The position numbers and the translations under genes are program-made. The notes under the pieces were generated by a model. That model had not been told where the DNA came from. It searched no databases and saw only the letters and a program-made list of their open reading frames with translations. Positions 30,101 to 47,325 of a DNA stretch of 64,000 bases are shown piece by piece. Source of the DNA: the human T2T-CHM13v2.0 reference genome, Homo sapiens; assembly GCF_009914755.1 (NCBI RefSeq), contig NC_060926.1. The stretch is one strand, 5' to 3'. Numbering within the stretch: position 1 is the first letter of the stretch; every line of letters begins with the position of its first letter.

Positions 30101-32007
30101 GCATTTCCAAGGCTATTTAGAAATAAATAATAACAAAATTTAAAAATCCTTTTGTATAGTAAAATCGCCTAATATGGATATTTTCCAAAAACAAGTCAAA
30201 GGAATCAGAGGCCTCTGTAGCAATTTGAGGCTCTTTGGCTGGGATCCCTATTCCTCAGTGGCTCAAGACCAAATTTCCACTATCAACACCATCCATCTTT
30301 ATCCCAGAGCACAATTGGAGATTAAAGTCTAGAAATGGACTGAATTACAAACATTTTTAAACTATGTCACCAGAAATGTATCTGTACTCTTGCATCACTT
30401 TTGTTCCTCTCCCTACATTGGATATTCAATAACCCACTTTTAGACTGTTTTCAAAATATACAATGCTCCCAAACCTTCTCCCAGCAACAGTTTGGTCTTT
30501 CAGATCATTGGTTTCCCAGTCTTTCTCTCCTCTCCCTTCCCCTCTACCCTCAGCAGGATTTATTGCTCTACTAAGTCTTTACTAAAACTATGTAAAATGT
30601 TTTAAAGTCAGCTGCAACCTCCAGAATTCACAAACAATACATTCCTTAGGACAAGGGCCGTGACTTGCATTTGTTTAAAATCTTCTCTATCTGCTGTCAT
30701 AGCTAGTTCTCAATGATCTTTGAATGAAGCTTAATCTTTTTGAATGCAAAGCTGGCAACAGATATTAACGATGCTGTGATTTGGGCTCTGGACATTATGT
30801 GGGTGTCTCAAGTTGAGCCTGCTTTCTGAAAGATGGGCCTTATCCAGACCCTCTCAGCTTTAGACACACTTGGCCCTTCCTGGATGCCATAAGCAAACAT
30901 GAACCTGGTCAAGGGATATGTAGCTTCAGCCAATGACCCAGCCCTGCAATGGTCAACAGTGGCTGTTAAGAGGGGCAACCTGAAATTTGTAAACCTACTA
31001 TACAGCATAAATAAAAGCTTTAACCTTGTTTCTTGGTGATAAATTTTTCCCACTTTTTATGTGTTTATACTTGCCCTGTATATTTGTGTGTACATATGTG
31101 CATACCAACTCATTCACCTAACACTTTATGGATGCATGAAATCAGATTATATGTAATTTTTCACTATTTTATTATACATAATATCAGAAATAAAGCGCAG
31201 CCGTGGCCTTATAATGAAATGCAATGAAACATATCAGAATGCAGCTATAATCGGCAAAGCCCATTTCAGTTACCATAGCAGGACACAAGGGGATTTGAAT
31301 CATGAGTAAATGTTCTGATCTGCGGGTAATTCCTAACCACAGTTTAAGTTTAAGCAACCCCATAACTTTGGCTTTCTTTAGCAGAGGACCTACAATGCAT
31401 TAAAATAAAGAACCTCATCCTGGTTTTTCTCCTCTAGGGTATCTCTTCATGTGAGGAGACATCATATGTTCAGACCCACGAAAAGTACTTGAATTAGATT
31501 CCTGTGATCGTTTTTATGGGTTGAGGCCATACGTGCCTTCTAAGAGGCCAAACTTTCTCCCAGCAGAAACTTGGGCCCTGGCTGGGATCACTAAAGCGTG
31601 TTCTTGTCTTTGACCTCTTCCATCTTTCATGTTGGGTTGTTCGTCCTACCTGCATGGAATATAAACTTCTCTGTATGCTGTGAATACCTAATCCAGAGTC
31701 TAGCATCTACTTTTGAAACTTTCATTTAGAAAGCAGAACCTTTCAACAGAAAAGAGAACCCACAAATATCAGACACCTCACCACCCAGCACTTCACCTAG
31801 ACTCCCAATTCTAAGTTGTGCCTATTTTAGTACTAAAGCAACATGTGACTTGCTGTGATGAAAAATTAGAACAGGAGAAATAAATATCTCCATTAAGATT
31901 TTGTGAGTCTTAAATATTACAACCTGTAATATTACAATTGCCTTTGGTGATCACTCCAGTCAACTCCTGTCATTTCATAAATGAGGACACTAACGTGTAA
32001 GAGTTTA

Positions 32008-32308
32008 TGCCAGTCACAGTGGCTCATGCCTATAATCCCAGCACTTTGGGAGGCCAATGCAGGAGGATTGCTTGAGCCCAGGAGTTCAAGACCAGCCTGG
32101 GCAACATGGCAAAACCCCGTATCTCCAAAAAAAAAAAAAATTAGCTGGGCATGGTGGTGCATGCCTATAGTCCCAGCTACTTGGGAGGCTGAGGTAGGAG
32201 GATCATTTGAGCCCAGAAGGTTGAGGCTGTAGTGAACTAATATCACAGAACTGCACTCTAGCCTGGGTGACAGAGCCAGATCCTGTCTCAAAAAAAGAAA
32301 AAAAAAAA
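32008..32308 (+). mobile_element. AluJ-type SINE
   Basis: AluJ diagnostics ggaggattgcttgagcccaggagttcaag and gaggctgtagtga. TSD aagagttta at 31999-32007 and 32307-32315. Confidence 0.9.
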
Positions 32309-35300
32309 GAGTTTAAAGACGAGCTGAGGGTCCCACTCAGTGAGTACCAAGCAGGAGCCAGGTGTCTGCTCCAGTCCCTGTCTTATGACTTTTCACCATG
32401 ACGTCTTCCACCCCTACTCCAGCCCCAATGCCAATCACCCACTTAATCAATATATGCTCAAACCTCTAATGTGCCAAAGTGATTGTTCAACACGAGTCTG
32501 CTCTCCGCTTTGCTCAATTAACTTCCCACCTCCCTTGATAATCAGACCCATGTTAGAATTCTATGGTGTTAACAGTTTTATAAACTAATGCCTTTGTTAG
32601 GTCCTTCAAAATAGGTGCTGGCAAAATAAACATAACCCTCTACATTGTACAGCCCTCTGCATTTTACAAAACACGATCATGGACATTATCTCACTTGATC
32701 AAGTAAGTCAATAAAAGGTTTATTTGTTTGGAGAGAGAGCAAGAGGCAGAGAAAGCTAAACAGCAGAAGTGTCCATCAGAAAAAAAGAAAAAGAGATTTA
32801 AAATATAGGTGGGGACTCAACGAAAACGTAGTTTTTCCTTCTCAAGCTGGGAGCTGAAAAGCCCCCAGTCACTTCCCCATGGTGATCTCTTTTTCTGAGG
32901 AGCTCAAGCCTGAGAATCTGCCTGAAACAGAAATCACTGACCTCTCCTCCAGGCACTGACCTCCGAGTCTGTAGAGTTCCCAGGGCTGGAGTTAGCAAAC
33001 TGTGCTCCCAGGAATCCTGCAATGCTTCCAGGGAGGGCTGGGCAGGGCAGGGGTGCTGTATTTGTACAAAAAGTAATGACTTTTGATGACAGAGACTGGA
33101 ATCCTAGGAGAGGTCTCCACTGGCCAGGAGCCAGATCCAGCCTCTTGTAACCCAAGGAACTCATTGCTCTCTTAGGGCTAGTTGGAGCTCATGGATCTGA
33201 AGGTCAAGGTATCTTTTGTTCATTATGATAAAAACGTATTTATGATGTCAGGGAAAAATTATGACACCCCAAATCCCACTATCTACTCATGTCAAATTTA
33301 CATTTCTCCATCATCTCTGGCCCTCTTTATCTTCACATCCACATTTTTTACAGCTATAAGAAGGTTCTATGTAAATTGTATATCCTTTTTTCTATGGTAT
33401 TACGTTTGGTATTTTTTCCAAGTATTTACTGTTCTGTCATAATGGTCTCTTCATTTTTATAATCTTCTTAGTGTAAGGTGAAAAGGTCAGGTTATCCCTA
33501 AATTTGTAAATAAAAGGGACTTGTAGGTATAAAATTAATGAGTCATTTTACCAGGGAAGGGCTAATTCTGCCATGGAAGGAAGCCATGGTCACATTTGTT
33601 GAATGGAGCCTGAGATGCTGGAGACCCCAACATAACTGGGTAGCCTCAGGAACTTCAAAGATCCAGAATGCAGATCAGTGTCTGTGGGAGAGAGGCATGG
33701 CATCTGGGGACATGGACATCTGGCCACCAGGGAGGGGCCTTCCTCTATGAGCTGGGAACAGTTCAACAGACTCCTCCAGGACCCAGATGAAGTATCCACC
33801 TCAGCCCTCATGCACTGCAGTCACCATCTGAGAGTTTGCCACTGCAAATATGTGATCTGGCCTATACTCACACAAAAGTGTCACATGGGCAAAGTCAGTG
33901 TCTTCACCCCTGAGGACCTGGCCACCTCTGGGCATTAAGACGTCACTGAGTTTCAGGGCACACAGAGAAGAACAACAGTGACCGCATCAAGTTGTGTGAT
34001 GTCAAGGGCAGGATGGCCTTCCCTCTAGGGCTTGGCCTTCTCTCCCTGTAACATGTAGCACTCCGTGGAGTAATCTAACCAGAATATGGTTATGGTTTCC
34101 CAGGGCTGGGTATCTTGCTCGTTCATTGCTTTATGGTCTTCTAAATAAGACTGTCATCAATACCCTTGTGCCTTTGGCTTTTGTATCTGAGGGATGGTTA
34201 GGACAGTGGATGGTGATATCCCCACATCTCAGGGGCTTTTTCCTCACAAGGCTGAAAAAATCCAGGATGGTGATTTACAGTGTGCCAGAGGAATCTAGGA
34301 GTGAGTACAGAGCAGTTTCATTTTTGTGGAGGTCATAGGAATTCCATGGGCAGTACCTTTGATACCATGGGCATGGCACCAGCTTCCCTGCCTAGGGTAT
34401 CATTGATCTGAACTCCTCCCTCCCCTATCCTCAGACAGGCCTGGGCCTAGCCCAGAAGAAAACATAAGCTGCTCTAGACCTACACCCTGGAAACGTCCTT
34501 CTCATCATCAAATTCCCATCCCCTATTAAATTTAAATTATGTATTTTTTGCTTTCCCTCCAGATAACATTGTCTTCTTCAATATGAAATTAGATTGAGGT
34601 AAGAGAAATGATTGCTGAGTTGTTTGAATTTTAATCATTAGACTCAAAGAAATGGTGACTCAACTAACTCTTCATTAAAAGTCCTATATTTCATCCAAGA
34701 TAGAACATACCAGAATAAAAAGTTTTGGGGCACTTTTTATGGCGCATGTTCTTAAAACACTGTAAAATCCAATGACATTTATTTTCCTAAGTATATTTCA
34801 CCTTTTAATAAGATTTAAACTAATCTGGCTGATTGTCTCAAAGAAAAAGCCATCCTTTCATATATCAGAGGCCAGCAGCCCGTGACCAGCCTGCCAAAGT
34901 TGACCCGCATGGGGATTCGGAGGGATGCCAGGGAACTCATACTGCATTGATTTTCCTAACTTGACTCTCAGCATTACTAAGGACTTTGGCTTGGACTCAC
35001 AGCTCTGGCTCTTTCTTCTCCTGGCTCACTCACAGAAGAACCTGGAGTCCCAGAGGACCAACTCTCTGTCCACAACCGCCTTGGCTGGAGACTGAACCAC
35101 GCCTGTCCTGGCCCAAGGGAGGGTTTGGTCAATGTGTACTTACAAGGTAACCTATCCAAAATGGAATGCATTGTCTCCTCATCCCCTACCCACACACACA
35201 CTTATGCAACACATACACACTCACTCCTACATTCTCTAGCTCAATGAAAAGTGTCACTATTCTCCTAGTTACTCAAACCAAAACCTGGATAATTCAGACT

Positions 35301-36054
35301 TTTCCCTCCTCTGTTCTCCAATAACCATGACCTCAAAGAACTATGTATTCTAACCCATCAAAGCCTTCTTCTCTACTCCATGGCCAGAATTCTCATTGTC
35401 TCTCATCTGAACTATTGCAGTATCAGACATGCTATAACCAAAGCAAGGGGATTCCAAAATACCTTTAAATTCAATCCGTCCAGTAATGAGTGAGTGCCCT
35501 GTGCTGAGTTGCAGGGAACACTCCTGACCTTGAGTAGTTCACAGTTTCCTTAGATATGTGCTACCTGACCATGCAGAAATGAGAGAAGGAAGCAGCGTAA
35601 TGATAAAGTGACAACCAAATATAATAGCATCCCCAAATGAGTTCTCTGGAAGGGAAAAGACTAATGGGGCAGAAGTTATCAGGAAGGCTTCCTGGAAGAA
35701 GCAGGAATTTGAGCTACGCTGCCAAGACTGTGTAAAACTTGAATCTGTGAAGTAAAAGGAACAGTGGAGAAAAGTCTTAAGAGCCAGAAGAACTCTTGGC
35801 AATACAGAGACAGAGGAGAGTAGGCTCTGTGTTGGGGGTGGTAAAAAATGGGGAAAAGCGGGAAGTAGGTGCTTCTGAACAGATCAAAGACCAGGGAGCT
35901 AAAGTTCCTGGAGGAGGGGAGAATGAGTGTGGCCTCCCACATGCTGAGTTTGGAAAAGGCAAAATGGGTGAGTAGCCAGTAAAATTCACCCTGAAATTAA
36001 AACGACTGCTTCTGGCTAAACCACCTCTTTGGCCAAGGCTCCAGTGTCTTGCCT

Positions 36055-36101
36055 AGTCTGCTGCCAGCCTGTCCAGTCTGCTGCCAGCCTGTCCAGTCTG
36101 C
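36055..36101. repeat. 20-bp tandem repeat, ~2.3 perfect copies
   Basis: agtctgctgccagcctgtcc x2 followed by agtctgc. Confidence 0.9.
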
Positions 36102-37715
36102 CAGGATGAGTGTCGGGGCAGGCTGTTCTGTTCCCAATCAGTAGCCAATTTCTCCCAGGACTCAAAAAAGCATCCACTTAAGCTCTGAAGTCTGCAAGTT
36201 CCAAGGTCAATGTGTGCCACATTGGATAGTATGTGGGGTTAACAGTGGGGAGTTCAGGAAGGAACTCCCAATATAAAAGCTCTTTATTCTCTTAGGAGAG
36301 GAAAGCATGCTTCCCCCTGCTCAGGGAAGCTGCACATCCCTTCTGACTTGGAAACCAGCTATCTAGGCCCATGGCATTCAAGTCAGTATCCGAGCAATCG
36401 CAGAGGGACATTGAGAATGTACTTCCTGGAGCCTGGAGATGATGAGCCAATGATAGAGGCCGGGCCTGTTTTTCAAGAGCAGGTGCACACTTGTGTCTTC
36501 TGACCCACTGGGCAAATAAACCCATGGGGCAGCACCACTGGCCTCCAGAGTCATGTGCACACCTTTAAGCCGGAGAGGGAACAGTCGAGGCAGCTGTGGC
36601 CAGAGGCTGAATCAACAAGGGGAAAGGAGGAACAAGCAAGCTCAGGCCAAGGAATTGGGGCTTGCAACTACTCCCCTAGTCTTCGACAGGACAGAGGAAC
36701 CATGGCTAGCCCTTGGGTTACCTATATTCTAAGACCTGCTGTGACATTTGCTGGCTCTTGTATTCAAGGAAGCTGCCTATCCAGCATCGGCCTCCACACA
36801 CTTCCCTGTGAAAGAGATAATAGACCTGCTCTCCCCACGACCGTCACCACTGCTCAGGGTTTGCTGATGAATGAGCCAATACCTAAGGAAGCAATTATTT
36901 TGCTGTGTGATCCTACACTCACATGACATCTTGTTATTACTATCTGTGCTCAACATGGCCCCGGCCACAGAATGAGGAACGTGATCATGTAGAATCTGGC
37001 ACTGCCCTCCAGAAGTTCATAACCAGACTTGAAAGAGAGAAACATCACCCACGGACCATCATTTCACTGGCTGAAGTGATACTATCCAGGCTACTGTGTG
37101 CTGCAGGAGCTCAGAAAGATGGTGGTGGGTATAACCAGAGAAGATCGCTCAAAAGAGTTTGAACATAAGCTGGACCACAAAGGATAGAGTAAATGTGGAA
37201 AGATGGAAAAGAAAAAAAGAAACCTACAAACACCAGATATGTAGCCCAAAAGCCCAGCTTCTATAACTTGTTCATGGCTACCGTACATAGAAGCACCCAG
37301 GACTGCAATCCCTTTTGTATACAAGTTTCTTTTCTTTCTGAGCCAAGTCAAGAAACCTGAAAACTATAAGGCAGGAAAAAAGAAGAAGATTAAGATTATC
37401 CATGATTTCATCACTCGGGATGACCAGTGTTATTGTACTATTTATCTTAAAAGTGTTTTTCAAATATTTTTCTACAACATCATTTTTAAATGCTTGCATA
37501 CATTTTATACATAAATGTAAACTAGTTAACTAATTCCTCTATTGCTGGAATTTTAAGATGTCTCTAAATGATATAAACAATATTTCAAATTTTGTGATTG
37601 GGAATGTGGATTCTAGAATATGAGTGTCAAGGTCCAAGTTTTGTCTCCACTGTTTGTTAGGTGAATTGCATAAACTCTATAAACTCAGTTTCCTACTTTA
37701 AAAAACAGAAGTGTG

Positions 37716-37883
37716 TCAGTGACAGTGGTGTATGCCTGTAGTCCTAGCTATTCTAGAGGCAGAGGGGAGAGGATCACTTGAGTCCAGGAGTTTAAAGCTG
37801 TAGTGTGCCATGATCTCACCTGTGAATAGCCACTGCACTCCAGCCTAGACAACACAGTGAGACCTCATCTCTAAAAAAGAAAA
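37716..37883 (+). mobile_element. Fossil Alu monomer (FAM-like)
   Basis: Single monomer retaining the 7SL-like segment cctgtgaatagccactgcactccagcc, with a short A-tail. Confidence 0.75.
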
Positions 37884-37888
37884 TAGGG

Positions 37889-38225
<337 letters not shown>

Positions 38226-40327
38226 TTAGACACTTTATTCAGACATATCATGCAAAACACTTAACAAAGTTCCCACTGCATGATAGGAACCTAAAAAGCA
38301 ACTATTATTCTCATCATCATTATACCTATATCTTATCTTTCAGTACATCTAAGATTATATTATTAGGGTAATCTGTCCACATTAAAGTTTTTTTAATGCA
38401 TTTCTAAATTGCAGACCAAAAATATGTACTTGGATTGGAATGCTTCTAATCAAGATGGATTAACAGGAACTAGATTTACCCTACCACCAGAAACAAACAA
38501 TCTGTAAGAATATATAAAACTACAATTTTCATATATTGCATATAGGAAGCACAGGACAACGACCCTTGAGAAAAGTAAAATAAATTAGATGAGTCCTATG
38601 ATGACCCCAGCTTACTGCGGGGAGTTATCAGATGACAGCAGAAGAAAAAAGAACCCAGACAGAGCTCAGCATGCTACCTGAGCTGAAGAAACAAAGCTGG
38701 TAAACAAAGCTTGGTCCAGGAAGACCAAAGAAACTAAAATTTATAGGACACAGTACTGGAGAGGAAAGAACTACACAGAAAAAGAGCTCTGGAGTTGTGT
38801 AGAGTGCCCCTGCAAAGTCTTCAACCAAGTATAGATCAGACATGTATGTGAGAAGACTACCCAAGGCCAGGGAAAGAACTGTCCAAAAGGAACAGGAAGA
38901 ACAATCCGAGAAACTCTCACAAACTTAGAAAGACTTTGCGTTTCTACCAGCCCTAGAAGAAAACTTTATAATTAGTGGTGCACTGGGTAGAGAATCAGAA
39001 TGATATTTGCCTTATTTGTGGGTCAAAATTAGCTCTAGATTAAAGCCTATACTGGAGCCAACTGAAAAAGCTTTTTAAAAAGCCTAAATGAGCAAACCAT
39101 TTCCAAGTAACTTTACTGTGTCCTTGAACTTTAAATTTTGTATAGGAATATAAATATGGACAGCACCCAACAAGGTAAAATAAACAATGTTGACAACAAA
39201 TCAAAAACTATCAGACATGGGGAGAATACAACCCACATAAGGGGGACCCATGAACTAAGAAGACATACCCAGAAATGGCACAAATGATAGAACTAGCAAC
39301 CAAGGATGTTAAAACAATTACTTTAACCATATCACATATGCTCAAGAAGGCATAGGAAAGATTATGCATAAGTAGAGCCATGGAAGATGTTTATAAGACT
39401 GAAAGTGAACTCCCACAGATGAAAAACACAATTTATGAAATGAAAAAAAAAATACCAGATAGCATTAACAGGAGATTAGAAATTGCAGAAGAAACGATTA
39501 TGGAACTTGAAAATAAGCAATAGAAACCAACCAAAATGAAACAAAGGGGGAAAAATCTGAAAAAAAAAAGAAGAGAACTCATTTTATAAAACTTCAAGTA
39601 GCCTAATATGTGTTGAATCACAAAATGAAAAGATATAGGTCAGTGGAGTCAGAAAAAAAATTGAAAAATAATACCTCCAAATTTTCCAAATTGACAAAAC
39701 TATAAACCTATAGATCCAAGAAGATCAACAAAGACCAAACACAAAAAGAGTAAAGAAAACTAGACCAAAACCATCCTTATCAAGTTATTTAAAACCAATA
39801 AGAAATGAAAGCTTTGAAAGCATTCAGAGAATACACATTATATACAGAAGAACAAGCATAGGATAATGGCAGACTTCTCATTGAGAAAAAGGCAAGCCAG
39901 AAGACAATGTTAAAGCATCTTTAAGTACTGAAAGTAGGTCAACCTAGAATTCTATAAACAGTGAAAAAACATTCTTCAAAAATGAAAACAAAGTAAAGAT
40001 TTTCTAAGACAAGCAAAAGCTGAAAGAATTCATCACCAACAAAACTTTAGTACAAGAAATGTTGAAGAAAGTCCTTTAAGCAGAAGGAAAATTATACTAG
40101 GCATAAAAACCAATGCCTACACAAAGGAATAAAGACCGTGCTAAAATGGTAAATTTAGAAGTAAACTTTTAAAAAACCTCTTTATATCTCATTAAAAATA
40201 ACTGACTATTAAGGCAATAACAATAACACTCTATTGTGAGATTTATAACATATTTAGAGGTAAAATGTAAAACAATAATAGCACAAAGACTAGGAAGGAG
40301 AGATGGAAGTGGATGGTGAAAAATTAA

Positions 40328-40892
<565 letters not shown>

Positions 40893-43370
40893 TATAAACC
40901 CTAAAGCAGCTACTAAAAACCAAGGAGTTATGGCTAATATGTCAAAACAGAGATAAAATGGAATCATATTTTTAAAAAATTAATCCAAAAGATAGAAGAC
41001 AAAAAGACGGCAAAGAAAAAAAAGAAACCCTGAAGAAAGAATGGATGGGATAAAGAAAAAACAAATAGCATGATTGTGGAATTAAAGATAACCATATCAA
41101 TCACATTAAATATGAATGATGTAAACATTCCAAGAAAAGGCAGAGATTGTAAGATTGGAAGAAAAGTAACACACATTTACATGCAGCACTCAAGAAGTTT
41201 ACTGTAAATACAAAGACACAATAGATTGTAACTATTAATAAAAGCATGGAAACAGATATACCATGCTGACCCTAATGAAAACAAAGATGGTGTGGCTATA
41301 TTAATAGCAAACAAAGATTTCAGAGACAAGAATATTACTAGGGGTAAAAAGAGATGCTTACTACTTAAAAAGAGTTAATTCAGAAAACGAACATAATAAA
41401 CCTAAATTTAGGCTTCAAAATGTATGAAGAAAAATTTAATAAATGTTAATTAGAAATAGACAAATCCACAATTATGTTGATGATTTAAATATTCCCCTCC
41501 CAATAATTGATTAAAGTATGCATAATATCAAGAAAAATATAGAAGACTTTAATAATACTATCACTCAATTTAAACTAATTGACATTTATATGGCACTCCA
41601 GTTAAGTACAACATGCACTTTCTTTTCAAGAACACATAAATGCATTTATGTGATATCATATTTTGGGCCATAAAACAAGTCTCAATAAATTTTAAACAAC
41701 TAAATTCATACAAAGTATGTTCTCTAACCAAAATATAAGAAAGTTGAAAACAAACAACAAAAAGATATCTGGAAAATTTTCAAAAAGCAAATGGGTGAAA
41801 GAATAAATTTTTTAAAGAAAATTAGAAAGTATCCAGAAAATACCAAAATGAAAATATATCACTTACAAATGTACAGCACTAAAGGCCTATATTAGAACTG
41901 AAGAAAGTTCTCAAATCAATAATCCCCACAAGAAACTAGAAAAAGAAGAAAAAATTAAACATCACAATAAGCAGAAAGAAAAAAATAAACAAAGATGAAA
42001 GTAGAAATCAATGAAATAGAAAATCAACAGAGAAGATTGATGAAATCAAAATCTAGTTCTTTGAGGAAATCAATAAAATTTATCAATCCCTAGCAAAACT
42101 GATCAGGAAAAAAGGAAAGAAGAATTGCCAATATCAGAAATGATAGAAGTGATATCATTACAGATTCAATGGATATTAAAAGAATAAAAACGGAATATTA
42201 TGAACAACTTTGTGATAAAAATGTTAAAAACATAGGTGAAATAAACAAATTCCTTAAGACACAAACCACCAAAGCTCATTCAAGACAAAAATAGATATCC
42301 TGAATAACTCTATTTCATTAAAGAAATTGAATTTATAATTAATAATCTTTGGCCCCCTGCCAAAAAAATGCACAGAACCAGACGGACTCAAAGGTGAATC
42401 ATATCAAATATTTAAATTTGAAATAATACCAATTCTACATGAAGTCTTTCAGAAAATTGAGGAGCAGAAGATACTTCTCATGTCTTTCAGAGGCCAGAAT
42501 TACTTTGTTACCAAAACCAAGTGAAGACATTAGAAAAGAGAAAACTATGGATATTCCTTATGACATTAATAAACATAATTTTTTAGAAAACTGAATTCAA
42601 TAATATATTTAAAAGATAGTAAGTACATGAAGACCAAGTGGACTTTATCCCAAAATTGTGAAGCTGGTTTAACATTAGAAATTATAATTCACCACATTAA
42701 CTAAATAAAAACAACATGACCATCTCAATAAATGTAGAGAAAGTATTTTACAAAATCCAACATGAATTATTACTTGTAAAAGCAAACAAACATCCAAAAA
42801 CTTATGCAAAAAAGGAATAGAAGGGAACCTCCTCAAAATCTACAGCTAACATCATACTTAATGGTGAAAGACTGAGTGCTCTTGCCCTAAGCTAAGGAAC
42901 AAAATAACGGATGTCTGCTTTCAGCACTTCTATTCAAAATTGTACTGGAGATTTTGAACAGTGAATTCAGTCAAGAAAAAGGAATCCAGATTTGAAAGGA
43001 AGAAGTACAACTTTTTGTGTTGACAAATGACATCCATGAAGAAAACCTTACGGATTACAGAAAAAAGCAACTGGAACCAGTAAATGAATTTAACAATGTT
43101 TCAAATGTTTCAGGATGCAAGATCAATAAATAAAAGTGAACTTTATTTCTACATAATAGCAACAATCAGAAAGAGGAATTTTTAAAAAATATTTATCACA
43201 GCATCAAAAAATATGAAATACTTAAAGAGAAATTTGACAAAAAGTTCGCAAGACTTGAACACCAAAAACTACAAAATATTACTGACAGACATTTAAAAAG
43301 CATAAATAAATGGAGATATAAACCATGTTCATGAAACAGAAGACACAATGCTGTTAAGAAGTCAATTCTC

Positions 43371-43841
<471 letters not shown>

Positions 43842-44063
43842 TTATAAAGCTAGAGCAATCAAGATAGTATAGTGTGGGCATAATATACAGAAAGTTATAT
43901 AAATAGATAAATTTAGACAAATGAGAGCACAGGGATAGATACATATATTGCCAGCTGTTTTTCTGCAAAGATTCTAATGCAATTCAATAGGAAAATGAAT
44001 ATTTTTCAACAAATGAGGCAGAACAATTTGATAGATATATGCAAAAAAGGACATCAACTCTTA

Positions 44064-44399
<336 letters not shown>

Positions 44400-47304
44400 T
44401 CAAACAGATCATAGACATAGATGTAAGAACTAAAACTACAAAACTTTTAGAAGAAATATTAGTGCCCACAGCTCGGGAAAAGTTTTCTTAAATACGTCCA
44501 GAAATGCATAAATTATAAATGTAAAACAAAGTAAATTAGATTTCATCACAAATACAAACTTTTATTCTTCCAAGACAAAGTTACAAAAATGTAACTTGAT
44601 TTTTGTCATGATTTCATGCATGCATACGTATGGCAAATTTTATCTCATTTTACACTTCAAAGAGTGTGCACCTTGTATACATTGTGCACAGTATACTGAG
44701 TGCCAGTTTTTCTGTTAATTATAACTCAGTAAGGTTGTGATAAATGTATATATTTCAAAATGTATACCAAAATATACTACCACAGGTTGTGTACAAACAT
44801 GCCTTTTGCCTTCTGTCTCACTAACGCTGGGTATTTCTTCATATTGAGCATTTTTCCCAAACTGATAAGCAAATATAAAGCTATCTCACTGTCATTTTAA
44901 ATTTTTGCTGTGATTAAAAATGAAGTTTAAAATATTCACTTATTTTGGTGTATTTGCATTTCTTTTTTATGAATTATATATATGCTTTGCTCATTTTTAT
45001 TGGTATGTTTACCTTTTTTCTCATTTATTTCTTTTCATGATAATGCCAGTACATTTTTCCAGACTTTTCCTATGCAAATACACATACTTGTCTTAAAGTA
45101 TGCAAATACACATACTTTTCTTAAACAAAAATAGGATCATGCTTTATATTCTATTTTTCAACCCACTTTTTACACTAACATAATGTGACTATCTCTCCAC
45201 CTAGATAAATGTGCAGCTACATCATAGTTTTAATGGCTATAGCAGCAATTCTTAATGCTGCTTCTTAACTTAAACTATATTTCGGTTTCAGAAAATGGAA
45301 TGAAGCTCTCCCTCATTTCCAAGGGAGTTAAGAGTAATTTTACAAATCACTTTTTTATTTGCTACAGCATCATAGAAATTATAGCAAATTCTTCTAAGAG
45401 TGACAACCAATAATCCTCCTCAGCCTGAATGAAAGAGAACTTTATAAAACTGACTTTTGCTAACTTCTTTCATAGCTGCCCTAGAATAGTGCCCATAACA
45501 AAATTTTCAGCTACCCACACTTCACTTGACAAATTATGAAGAGACCAGCTTGTTCCCATAAGTCTCCACTCCATTAATAGCCAAGACGAGATGCACTCTG
45601 GCAACTAGTGGGCTAGAGTAGAGATGTCTCTTTGTCAAGATCTTAAGAGGAGTAAATCAGCAACCCTTCCTTAAAGTTCAAAAGGAAATACATTGATCAA
45701 AATTAAAAGCTGTTCCTCTTAAAGGTCAGACAAAAAAAAAATGGGTAATGTCCTGTGAGAAACACAATTATTATTCAGTGCAGTGCAATGCTATGACATC
45801 GGGGCTGAGAACTTCAAAGTGGCACAGCTTTGGAATGAAAAGTTATGGTTTACCAAGAAATAGTAATCTATCTTCTTTGCCAGTTACTTTTGAATGACAC
45901 TTAATATCCAGGCTCTGTCACCCAATGGTCTGAAAGACCTTCTCAAATTGGGATCAGTAGAACCTTACTTAAAACCATCATTTCATTCCCTTTTGGACTG
46001 TGTTTCAAACAACCCAACCACACAAATGAGGAAATATTCAGGCTGAAGTTTAGATTGACTGACTGACCACACTGGCTTGGATTTTTATGTTTGAAACCAC
46101 TGATCAGAAACAAAGCTTTGTTTTTGGAAAGAAAAAAATCAGGAATTAGGTTGAAGTAACAAGTCTGTAGCAGCCTGAGCATTTCTAGTAGCTTTTTTCC
46201 CCAATGATTAGAAAGCCATTGAGCATTCAGCAAACACTGGGGCCGCCTCTGTGCCCCACATAATTCTGGGTATTGATAAAAATATGAAATTAAGCACACA
46301 TGTCCACCCGTCATCAGCTGAGTGGATGAAGAGGCATGCATGTGAACAGCTCACTCCCTGGCAAGGCTGATGGGGCTGAGTGTATGAGAAAGCCAATGTC
46401 CACTGTAAGCATAAGACTGCAGCAGTGGCTGGGATTGACAGGAGATGGGAGGGGCTCTATGCAGGAGATGGTGTTTCAATATGAGAAGAGGAGGAAACGT
46501 AACTATCCAAGCCCACCATCTTTCTACCTCTTGATGCATAACACCAATGCTGAAAATAACTATTGTGCGGGATATTTTTAAATCCCAGTGATTCTTAAAA
46601 TAAATAGAAGAGGGAAAAGTGCATTTAAGTAGCTAGGCTAACGATCACTTTTTGCATAAAGGTGATAAAAGCAATTACACCTTAACAGAAAAGCTCTCAG
46701 TTTGTCTAGGGATGTTTCCTCCCCTGATTTAACACTTTATCAAGCTTCACACAAATATTAGATGTTTCCAACAACTACTTACAGCTCATTTGAAAGTGAG
46801 AGGACTCTTCCACATGACATGAGCTACCTGAGAGGAAAAAGCCTGATGCATGAGGAGCTGGGTGCCCTTCAGAGCAGGTGCCAAGGTGAGTGGGCAGGTA
46901 GGAAACACAGCAGCCCTCCTGGAGGCCCCTCTAGGATGACAAGGACAGGTGCTTTGCAGGAATCAGAGCCACAGTGGTTGAAGCTGAGATGCCAGACTAA
47001 TAGGCTAAGAGGAACTTAGGCAGACTAGTAAGTGTGACCATCCAACTTGTGGGTTTCCTGGACCTACTGGTCCAGGAAAGCCTCTCCATCTCCGATACCT
47101 TCCGCTAAGGGCGGCAACCCAGAGAAGGATCTGGGCTTAATGAAATAGAGCCCCAACTTGGGAGAGGAGGCTTGGTGACCAGTATCAAATCCTTTTCTGA
47201 GATCTGTGTTTGGAGTGAAGGTGGACAGAATGTATGGGAAAAGGATGTTGAAAGGAAGGACAGAGGACAACGGAAAACCTGGCCCACCTACAGTGAAGTT
47301 TTTG

Positions 47305-47325
47305 CTGCTGCTGCTGCTGCTGCTG
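47305..47325. repeat. (CTG)7 trinucleotide repeat
   Basis: Read directly from the sequence. Confidence 0.95.
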
